In this document: positions 42,000 through 52,315 of the stretch, piece after piece
How positions within the stretch are numbered: the stretch's first letter is position 1
How the letters are laid out: each line of letters opens with the position of its first letter
Origin: Camelus dromedarius
Lineage: Eukaryota
Length of the DNA stretch: 64,000 bases
Assembly: GCF_036321535.1 (NCBI RefSeq)
Contig: NC_087437.1
Coordinates: forward strand, 30,878,001-30,942,000
Reading direction: 5' to 3'
The notes under the pieces: generated by a model
Seen by the model: only the letters and a program-made list of their open reading frames with translations
Databases searched by the model: none
What the model was told of the DNA's origin: nothing
Made by a program: the position numbers and the translations under genes

Positions 42000-43596
42000 G
42001 TGTGTTCTGCAGCGGGTGGGGGAGAGATGTAATGGAACGATGTGTTTTTTTAAGGTCTCCCCACTGTTGAGAGACCAGTGGCTCAAGTGTAGATACAGGT
42101 ATGTGCTGAGGTCACAATCCAGCAGGTATTTGGTAATACCTTGTATTTTGTTTTCTCATTACAGTGCAGTCATCTGCTTATTAAAATTTTTTGTTGTTTA
42201 AGGGAGAAATACGAAAGTCTTGCATTTTGGTATACAGTATTAAAAACAGCTTTAAAACATGTCTTCCTGATTAGGAGCTTAGACTACCTATTTGTTTAAT
42301 GGTAACATGTTTTATTCCAGAAGGACTGAAAAAATTATACAGGTTATAGAATTACCATTAGAGACTTGGTCAATTTAATAATAATCCTAGAGTAAATCAA
42401 AAGAAAAACATATGCCAGATATCATTAAAATAACTGCATTAAATATATAACTGACGTTGAATTTAGTTTTTCAGATCCAGTTTTCCTTTAATTTGCACAT
42501 TAATTTCTTCTGTTGGGTATATCAACAGCTGATTTATAATCTGTGTGTAATGGTTGCATTGTTTCATGTATAGTTAAAAAAATCATACTTGTTTAGTACC
42601 GGATGCTAATTAAATGTTCTTATTTCACAGTTGTTTACTCTTTTCTATTTTCTTAATGAGTATCAGGCAGATAACAGCCAAAAAGTATTATTTGAAACTT
42701 CAGTTTACTCAAATTAGCTACAGAAATTATAAATCTACCTATTGATGTTCACCTAACAGGGTGTGTATATTTTATACCTGTCTGCTGGTGTGACCTTTAA
42801 GACAGAGAGTTAAAGAAAAATCACATTTTTACTGATAGGAACACGCCCTTTAAAAAACTTACTCAGATGAATCCAAAGCCCTCAGATACAGAAGCATGTT
42901 TAATATACTGAAAAAAGTGACTTATTAATGAATAATGGTAGATTTGTAATTGCCTATTTTGAATGGAGGTAACTGTCATGGTTAAAGTAATAGTTCATCA
43001 TACATCTTTTGAAAAATGTTACTACCTAAATAAACTTTATAGGTCATACAGAAAGTTCCTTTTCCTTAAGTTTGGCTCCACTGCTTTTACTGTATAATTA
43101 GTATGTTTTTCATTTCACAACATTCTTATAGTTTCATCTCTCTCTTTTTCTTTTGCTAAACGTACTCACTCATGCTTACACTTTATCTTTGTCCTTTTAT
43201 ATGCTGGTTTCTCTGCCTATCTTTTCTTTTTTCTTTGTTTGTCTCTCCCTCCTTTCTTAACCCTTCCTTCCTCCCCAAAAGAGAAAAAAAAATACAGTCT
43301 AATAACCAATAAACAAAAAACTAGATTTTAAGATATGAACCTAGCAGGCCATTAAAGAGTCTTGGTGAATTTTCTATTTCTTTGCCAGAGTCCTTTTGGA
43401 ATTTAAAGAACTTTTTTAAAAGTTTTCAATTTTTGCCAGCACCGCCCCCCCCCCCCCCAATTCGTATGATTGAATCTTTGTACAGAGAAGAACTGTTGCA
43501 GTTTTATTGTTCTATACAGTGTGGAAGACTGCCTATCCCTGTACAATCTGGTCACTCTTGTTTGAAAGAAATAAGATAAAAAGAATAAGTTCATGG

Positions 43597-43597
<1 letters not shown>

Positions 43598-43628
<31 letters not shown>
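43598..43628. repeat. Poly(T) tract of about 31 nt
   Basis: Direct inspection. Confidence 0.9.
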
Positions 43629-43630
<2 letters not shown>

Positions 43631-44409
43631 CTAGTAGCTTTTTCCTCTAAGGATTTTTTATGAGCTCTAGGAACTGTATTGTTTAAAATTGTGGCTTTCT
43701 GTGCATGACACAAAAACCTTCCTGCTGCAATATGTTTGGAAGGAGGCAATGAAGTAGTTGGTGGTAGTGGTGGTTTTGACCTGATGCTGTTTTCTTACGT
43801 TTTATTCTAAATACATATTAAGAAAAAAGAAAAAACATTACTAAACCTCAACTGTGGTAGTTGCAGGGGGGGTTTATTTTCTCTGCTAAAGACAGGGCTA
43901 AGGAAAAGGGACAGTTGCCTGCTGGCTAGAGTTGGATTGGGAAGAGCTAGGTGGCACTCAGTTCTACCCCTGCTGCCTCTTGTTTTCTGGGAGAAGGTTG
44001 TGAAACGGATTGCCCTAACTAGTGGCAGGAGTCCCCTTAAGTTGTAATTATTTGAGTCTAATTTCCTCAAGCTGTCTTTCAAATTGTACTTTTATTAACA
44101 CCTGCAGTGTATCTTCATATCTTTCAAACAGACATTTGCTTAAAGCAGTAGTCAGTCATTCCTTTTGGAAGGAAGTAGTAAGATTCCAGATCTTACTTTG
44201 GTGACATTTTTAATAAAGTGGAAATAAGAATCTTTCTTGGATTAGTGTTTCCCAAAATGATAAAGAAGGTTGAGTTGACAGCCAACTAAGTTTGGGCAAT
44301 TCACTGTAGCCTCATATTGGAGGTTTCCAGTGCATACTAGCATATTGCAGTTTCTGAAGTTTTGTCATAAAACCTGTTTATTCATTGTTTCCCCAGCCTT
44401 ATGTGGATT

Positions 44410-44835
44410 AATTTCCCAGGGCTACTGTAACAAATTACAACAAACTGGGAAGCTTAAAACAACAGAAATTTATTCTCTGGCATTTCTGGAGGCCAGAAAT
44501 CTGAAATCAAGGGTGGTGTCAGCAGGGCTGTGCTCTCTCTGAAAACTCTAGGCAAGGATCCTTCCTTGCCTCTTCCTGGTTTCTGGTGTTTGCTGGCAGT
44601 CATTGACTTGTGACAGTTTAAGTCCAGTCTTTGTCTCCGTCTTCACATGGCCCTCTTTTCTCTGTGTGTCTGTGTTTCCAGATTTCCTTTTTCTTAGAAA
44701 GACACCCACCAATCATTGGATTAACGCCCTCCCTACCCCCAAGCCATTATGACCTTTTTTTGACCTTGCAGAGACCCTGTTTCCATCCACAGATTCCAGA
44801 TGGACATGAAGTTCTGGGGATACTCTTGAATCCAG
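44410..44835. mobile_element. MaLR solo LTR (MLT1-like)
   Basis: gctactgtaacaaattac..aaactggg..gcttaaaacaacagaaatttattctc..ttctggaggccagaaatctgaaatcaagg. Confidence 0.85.
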
Positions 44836-45091
44836 TACATTATATGAAAAGATGATTGTGATACTCAAAAGTCTTTGCACATTCTGAGATACGAGTATAC
44901 CAGAGAATATACTTTGAGAAGGTGCATAGAATATAGACCTTCTATAATCTTAGATCCTGTCCTACTCATTTGGGGATTTGAAGTGGGTAAGAGAGAGGCC
45001 TAAGAATAAATGGAAAGAATGTTACTTTATGTGTCTTGGTTCTCATACTAAAACATAATTTCTGTATAATTTTCACCTCCCCCACTTCTAG

Positions 45092-45222
45092 AGTTGTCTA
45101 TATATTTGGCCCTCCAGTTAAAGAACCTCCTACAGACGTTACTCCCACTTTCTTGACAACAGGGGTGCTCAGTACTTTACGCCAAGCTGATTTTGAGGCC
45201 CATAACATTCTCAGGGAGTCTG
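45092..45222 (+). CDS. GMPS: GMPS exon 14
   Basis: ttctag|AGTTG...GTCTG|gtaggt; VVYIFGPPVKEPPTDVTPTFLTTGVLSTLRQADFEAHNILRES. Confidence 0.97.
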
Positions 45223-45304
45223 GTAGGTTGCCCATTTTGTTTATCACTGCACGTTCTAACAAGGTTTTGGAAGCATGGCATTATGATGTCTAGTAGGAAG
45301 ATGC

Positions 45305-45920
45305 AGCTTTTAGTTTTATTATTAAATTCTGGGTAGTTCTTTGATACTGCCTTATCTATATAAAATTTATTCATCTTTGTGGTCTTTTGTGGACATGCAC
45401 AAAGTGGCAGAAAATTTGAGTTGCCCAACTTGCATGTTCCCAGCTGAGGCTGAACAAGGCGACCCTCTGTCTTCTTGTTTCAGCTCTCTTGCTATAAACA
45501 TGTATCCTTTTTATAGTCTATTTAAGGTCATGTTTTTTGCATTTTTGTGCTTTTTGCTGGTGATTTCACTTTAAAATGTTCCCCAAGCATAGTGCTGAGG
45601 TGCTGTCTGGGATAAGCACAGGAAGGCTGTGCAGTGCCTTACTGAGAAAATACGTGTGTTAGATAAGCTTCATTCAGCCGTGAGTTATGGTGTTGTTGGC
45701 TGTGAGTCCAATGTTAATGAATCCACAATAAATATTGAATAAGATGTCTTTAAACAGAAACACACATTAAGCAAGGTTGTGTATTGATCAGTTGATGAAA
45801 ATGTTATGACCAGAGGCCTGCAGGAACCCAACTCTGTTTCCCCTAGGAGTAGTGGTTCAGTATTCCCTAACTTAGTGTCTGCGGTACAGAACATAACTAC
45901 CATGAATAATGAATTGACTG
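45305..45920 (-). mobile_element. Tigger-family element (MER82-like)
   Basis: gaccagaggcctgcaggaacccaactctg...aacataactaccatgaataatgaattgactg followed by TA. Confidence 0.7.
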
Positions 45921-46172
45921 TATATATATATATATATCTCACATCACTGTCACATACCACTGCTGTTATCAGATTCTGTTACTTGTATTTGTGATTGAGT
46001 TTACTTAAAATGCTATGAGAGTAACTGAGAATAGTACATGATGACAGTCTGAAGAAGTGGTGTGTGTATGTAGGCAATTTTAGATATTGTCCGGGAGGAT
46101 TTAATTGAACTAGGTTAGAGTGCTTTTCCATGATGTAGTGATTGGTTCTGCATGTTACCTTCATTTCTCTAG

Positions 46173-46345
46173 GGTATGCTGGGAAAATCAGCCAGATGCC
46201 GGTGATTTTGACACCATTACATTTTGATCGGGACCCACTTCAGAAGCAGCCTTCATGCCAGAGATCTGTGGTTATTAGAACCTTTATTACTAGTGATTTC
46301 ATGACTGGTATACCTGCAACCCCTGGCAATGAGATCCCTGTGGAG
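46173..46345 (+). CDS. GMPS: GMPS exon 15
   Basis: ctctag|GGTAT...TGGAG|gtaatt; GYAGKISQMPVILTPLHFDRDP...RTFITSDFMTGIPATPGNEIPVE. Confidence 0.97.
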
Positions 46346-46700
46346 GTAATTTATGTATTTTTTCTTAATGTACATTTTTAATACCTTATACATTTTACAA
46401 TAATGGTGAATGGGATAGGCTGTGACAGTGTCGATGTTTCTGAGGTTGGTCTTCTGTTCACAAGACAGGTTCTTTTTTTTCTTTATCTCCACGTAATTGA
46501 TTACTTAATGCACTATAGTAGGAAAAGGCCTTACATTTATTAAAACCCTCCAGATTTCTGATTACTATGTGGAGAGTAACCAACTCTAATCTATCATTTT
46601 ATCTAATCTTACCAACCTCTACTTTATAAATAGTATTCTCCAAGTAAAAAAGAAAATCCTTGGAATGAAGAAGAGTTTATCAGAAATAAGGATGAGATTT

Positions 46701-46839
46701 TTTTGTTTTTGTTTTTTGCAGGGAAGGTAATTAGGTTTGTTTGTTTATTTATTTTTTAACTTAACAGAGGTACTGGGGATTGAACCCAGGACCTCGTACA
46801 GACAGCATGCGCTCTACCACTGAGCTGTACCCTTCCCCC
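46701..46839 (-). mobile_element. tRNA-derived SINE (Vic-1-like)
   Basis: gaggtactggggattgaacccaggacctc...gctctaccactgagctgtaccc; 13-bp TSD aaggatgagattt at 46688-46700 and 46840-46852. Confidence 0.9.
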
Positions 46840-47559
46840 AAGGATGAGATTTGACGGCATTATGGCCAAGCACCCTTGAATTTCTTAATGCCCTTGTTAC
46901 TGTCAGTTGCACTTTTGATCACCGTCTCCCTCTCCTGTTATTCTTCAACCAGAGTATTTCAAAGGAGCTATTTGCATGATAGCAAATAAAAATCAAAGTC
47001 AGACTTTATTAGTTGGACCACTGCTCCAAGGCTCTGATTATAGCTAGATAGCTGGGTAGGGGAATGTGTCTTAGAGTCTGTTTTCCCTTAGGCTCACATT
47101 TGCCAAGTCTCTCTGGACAGTCAAGTGACCAGGCCTTCTTATGTCCACACAGCAGTGGTTATTACTATAGTGCATCATGTGCCATCTTGTTGGCCTTGGA
47201 GTTGTAGGCCACAGGTCATTTGTGAAGCATTGGCTTACGCCCATAAAATCACATGCTTGGATGCCACAGCAATGTCAAACTGCTATAAATGTTTCTAAGC
47301 ACTTGTTATGGACCAGTAATAAACATAATTTGCAGACTGACACCAGTTTGCTGACTACACTTTGAGTAGTGTTGAGTTTAAGTCACTTAAATCTATAAAG
47401 GGTCACTACATGAATTAATCCGGGATTATCTCCTATACATAGAGGATTATAGTAAAAATAGATCACATTTTAATTTCAGATTACAAACGCAAGCCTTCTA
47501 GGTCTGTTGGACATGCAGTGGACCCTGGCTCTGTATTTATAATCTTTGTTTTATAACAG

Positions 47560-47661
47560 GTGGTGTTAAAGATGGTCACTGAGATTAAGAAGATTCCTGG
47601 CATTTCTCGAATTATGTACGACTTAACATCAAAGCCCCCAGGAACTACTGAGTGGGAGTAA
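47560..47661 (+). CDS. GMPS: GMPS exon 16, coding part ending in TAA
   Basis: taacag|GTGGTG...[39 protein letters not shown]. Confidence 0.98.
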   Translation: MVLKMVTEIKKIPGISRIMYDLTSKPPGTTEWE

Positions 47662-47665
47662 TAAA
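47660..47665 (+). terminator. Proximal polyadenylation signal AATAAA overlapping the stop codon
   Basis: GAG TAA TAAActtgtt, followed by a modest GT/T-rich stretch (gtgtgagttt). Confidence 0.55.
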
Positions 47666-50600
47666 CTTGTTCTACTAAAGTACCGTGTGAGTTTAAATTG
47701 ATTAGAAACCATTCCCAGTATTGAAGTGCAGTACTGTCGAAAGAGTTACTGAAACGACTACATCACATCTGAGTTCTCCACAGCAAAAACCTATGGCTTA
47801 AGAGCTGAGTTGGGGATAACTAAAAGGGACTGAAGAGTTTGTACGGGTATAATCAAAGCACCATTGCCTACACTCAGATTGACACTGCTTTTGCCTTTGC
47901 CTCACTTGTTTTTTATGTATAAACTCACTATTGCTGTTGAAATGTCTGTCAACAAAGATGTGTGGATGTGGGTGAGTTTGCGATCTAGTAATAGATTTCT
48001 GTCCTCTTGCCAGTTTCCAAGTGATGGTAGAAACACCCATTATCTACCAGTGTGAATTAGTATGTATACCTTTTGGAGAATCTGAGTTTCCTTTTAAGTA
48101 ACCTTATTCCTCCAAAGGTTCTGGGAAGGGATCAACATATCAGATAAACGTGTATCTGTTGCAGCCACTTTTGCATGACACTGGGGCTATGAAGTGGTAA
48201 GCTACCTTAAGATGGAAAAGACCAGGAATTTGTTGAGTTAATTTGAATTTTATGTCATCACAGCCATGGGAGGAAGGAACTGAGTAGTCTTAGTTTAAAA
48301 TGTTTTCAAATCATGCTCCACATCGCTGTCAACCTGTTCATTAGTAAAGGAGCTTTATCTTCCCAGCCTTATATTGCCAACTTCCATAGCCTTGCAGAGG
48401 AAGTTACCTGTTCTCTCTCCAGAAGAGACTGTGGTCTAGCATAGATAAATTTGAGCATTTTAATGTTGTTTGGTCAGAGGATATCTCTGAGATCACAGAA
48501 ACCATCATGCATGCGCACAGCTTACAAATGCATGCCTGCAGTTTGCATGCTCTAGTAAAGAGCTGTAAGATGAACTCTTACATGTAATCGGTAGACGAGC
48601 TTATTACCTACTGCTCTGAAGATTGTGACCAGTCTGGGTCCATGCAGAGTATTGCCAAACTTTGTACTTTTCTCTACCAGCTGTAAGAGAAGATCCAAGA
48701 ACTGGTGTAGGGCTCTGCCATTGCTGCCAGTTTCTAACAGACGCTTTTATAACATTCATGTAAGCACTATAAAAATAGACAGCACTGGATTTAAATTCTA
48801 CAACCATTTCTCTCAGTATTTTAGCTCATGTTACTATTTAAAAACATTACCATATATTTCTCATACCAGTTTCATCTCAGGTTGCTGCCTCTTACCTGAT
48901 TTTCTGGATCTTTGGCATTGGATCAGGTACACAATTTTGTTTGGGATTCAGTGTTAGCTGAACAATAAAATACACATGGCAGAAGTCTTCCTTTCATTCT
49001 GGTTGGCCTAGAGGATAAGAAAATTGTGTTGATGGGCCAGCAACGGAGAAGCTTCTGTGTACTGTAACAGATATTTGTATCTGAGACAAAGGAGTATTTG
49101 ACTTCTACAAAACTTGAAGGGTTCATTTTCTGTCCCGATGATGAGATACTCATAATGCAGAGAGGATCCTTTTGCAAAGAGGATATGTTTGTTAGTGGCC
49201 TGGCCTTAACAGATTTGGAGTCAATTTATTTTAGAGGTGAAACAGACAACCTATAAAAGGCTTAGAAACATTTGCATTTATGTGCAAAGAATTCTTCTAG
49301 CAAAAGTGTCTTACGATTTTGTATTCAAGCAAATAATAGGAATCTGGGAAGAATATATAGTTAGAATTTTTTTTTCCCATCAAGTATGTTCTGTGTAATA
49401 GTATTCCACAGAGATACAAGGTAGGGTGGTCATATAAGTTTGGAAAGTGCTGCTCACTTGTTCTTCCGTCTTGGACATTTATGGTATACATTATATTCAG
49501 AGCTCTGAGAAATTTTAAAGTTAGAAATAATGGTTAAACTTTTTAAACCTATTGTTTTCCTCATACTTGTCCACTAAACCCCTTTTATATAATCTTAATA
49601 CTGAAAAATGGTTTCTCCAAAACATATCTTTATATAATATAGTAAAAAAAAAATTCCAGAACTCAAATTTCCTAATGTTTAGTGTCTTTTCTTTTTTTAC
49701 AAAGCACTTTTTGCTTTGTGCCATATGACATTTACTCTGTACCTTCACAGTATTTTATCTGAGGACCTGAGAAAAGTTAAGATTGCAGTCCCGTTTTACA
49801 GTTAAGAAAACAAGGTCAACTTAGTAATGGTCACCTAATGAGTTTCAGAATTAAACGTAGGGTTTCCGTATTCCCAGTTATCCTTTGTTTAAGTAAATTC
49901 TGGCACCTAAAATTATATAAAATTGCGGAATGGTTATTTTTGACCAAGTCTAAGACAGTGACTCCCTGACCAATAACATTTATCATTGATTATCCTTGGC
50001 AGGTCTTGACTGCATTCCCCTCACCTACTTACCTCTCCATCTAAGAGACGTATTTTGTTTCTTTGTACCTATAGAAGAAGGGAGACAGGTTAGTGAAAGC
50101 ATCATCTATTCCTACGATTGGTAGGCGCAAAAGTTTTCAAGAACCAAATACCTAGTCTCACCTTAATGGCCCCATCTATGATCGTCAGCTCTGTTAGAAG
50201 TAACAGCCTGGCATAATTTCTGAGAGCAGGTCTTTAAATATATCTGGGAGATAGGGTTATCCAAGTTTTTCCATCTTTTGCCGCTCCTTTATCCTAAGGT
50301 AGCTGCATGCATGTAGCCAAACAAGCGTCATAAAAGTTTATTTCCTTGCTGTGTTTGGGCTTATCTCCTGTTAGTCTGTTTTATTGAGTAACTTGAATCA
50401 AACCTCTAGAGAATGAGGGCTTTCAGGTTAGGTAGGTGGGCTGTTCATCTCTAGTGCTTTGTCTTGCCATTAAACAGCTGTATGAAACTGGTCATTTCAG
50501 AATTTTTGTTTTCTTTTGTTTTTTGTTTTTTACATGTAAGATGAGGCAGTTGAATTATATTTACACCAAATCCAGCCCTAAATTCTTATTAACAAGAAAA

Positions 50601-51604
50601 AACGTGGCAGGAGATGAGTTGAAAAATGGGATAGTTTTCTTTCTTAAAGTGCTTTTAGCATCAGATATGACCCAGTCAACAGTAAGCATCAAAATACATT
50701 GTAAAATCAGGTATTAATTACCCGTTTTTTTGAAACTGAGGCATGGATCAGCAAGGTTTGACCACCTGAGAATCTTCTGTTGTGACCATGACACTTGGAA
50801 GATACTTGTCAACATGTTCCCAGTGGCAGTCTCTTTACTATGTGTTTTTGGAAAAGTTGACAGAGAATATGCTTTGACTTTGAGACTAATGAAAATTCTC
50901 CCATACTCAGTTATATACAGCTGTCGACAGAGCCAGAATCCAGGCTTTGTGCTTTCTGTGTTGAAGAGGCAATGCTCCAGAGCCCTTCAAGGCAAGGCTT
51001 AACAAGAAGTTCTCAGTGTGTAACTGACCATCAGGGATAAATGTGCTTCCAAAGTATTAATCATCTTAGTTACAATAAGTGAGTGAGTGGTTTCTGGAGA
51101 TAGTACTGTCTCTCGGAAATCCTCTGATAATTTTATGCCCAATGTTACACCTCTGTTTCTTCCTACCTTTCCACACAACTCTCCTCTGCTACTCCCCCTA
51201 CTGCTTTCTTACCCCCCTCTCCCCATTTCCTGAATTCTCGTTGGAATGTGGTGAGAAGACATCTTAGTCATTACCATGGTGGATGTTCCTTTCATTGGCT
51301 CAGTTTAGATTTTAACAGGGAACTGAATGCAAGGTGGATGTCTCTACATTTGGAAAGCACCCCTTTTGTCCTTAGGTAACTTAGCTGCCACACAGGTGAT
51401 ACTGGGAGCCAGGAAATCTTTTTTACCAATGTAGGGCTTTGACAACAGTAATGGTGGCATCCTTGGCTCTTATATTCCCAAATATTTCATTTAGTGACAA
51501 GTGAAGAGATTTGGAATCTCCCCAAAATTACCAAAATGCCAGCACCCAATCCTAGTCTTATATATTGAAGAGGCCCAGGTATTCCACCCAATTCTAACTT
51601 TTCT

Positions 51605-51755
51605 AGCGGTTCTCAACCCGGAATACCTGTTATTACCACTTGGGTTAATTCTGTATAATGCTCAGACCCTACAATCAAGTCAGTTAAACTGGTATCTTGG
51701 TGGGGCCCAAGCATTGATGGTTAACCATATCCCAGCTGGAATAAGTTGTTACTGA
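51605..51755. mobile_element. MER5-like hAT MITE
   Basis: tagcggttctcaacc start, degenerate interior. Confidence 0.5.
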
Positions 51756-51904
51756 GGGACATACCTGGCCTCTCTAGTTACAGCTTAAAATCTTAGTCAA
51801 ACATATAGGTGAAAAGAGGTGGCCAAAGATACTGATTTGCTAAAGATCTTGTAGCTAAATTAGTTTAAAGCTACAGACCAGACTCTGGAATGATGCTACC
51901 TATA

Positions 51905-52315
51905 CAGGTTTTCCCTGATATCTGAAAGTAGAGCATTCCTATGAAACCCTTCCATAAGCCAAAATGATGTAAAGCAAAGGAACAATTACTTTAGAACACA
52001 TCTTGCTAACGATGCACAAAATAAATCTAGATAAAGAACAGGTGTTTATACACATAGTTCAAAGCTATGGCAGCTTGATGCTGAGTGTGGTTCCCTGGGG
52101 AAGGAGCTTGGCTGTTCCACTCTTGCTGCTTGAGGTTTACGCTGTCTCTACTGACCTGCAAAACAAAACGCTGAATGCTGTTTTTACATTTTGTCCTTTT
52201 TCATAAAAGCTTAAATCCTTTCTGGATTTCTTTTGGTTTGTGAAAACAGGTATTAATGTAGATCTTTGCAAAAGTGAAGTGGCGTAAAGTGAACTTTCAA
52301 ACCAGGGAATACCTG
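51905..52315. mobile_element. Tigger-family element (Tigger9-like)
   Basis: TA|caggttttccctg...cagggaatacctg terminal inverted repeats. Confidence 0.7.

Larger units (their letters stand above)
10371..47661 (+). other. GMPS: GMPS gene body, exons 2-16 (exon 1 lies upstream of the window; 1-10370 is intron 1)
   Basis: 15 GT-AG-bounded exons of 182,115,98,104,194,166,152,174,106,116,126,116,131,173,102 nt (2055 nt) join in one frame. They encode the class I GATase motifs GICYGMQ and QFHPE, the PP-loop SGGVDS and the C-terminal KPPGTTEWE. Confidence 0.99.

Noticed and set aside
43441..43458. C-rich run (possible G-quadruplex on the minus strand)
   Set aside because: Isolated homopolymer with no supporting context.
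46768..46839. tRNA gene (A/B boxes present)
   Set aside because: This is a SINE head with tail and TSD, and the cloverleaf is degenerate. The same applies to the other three copies.
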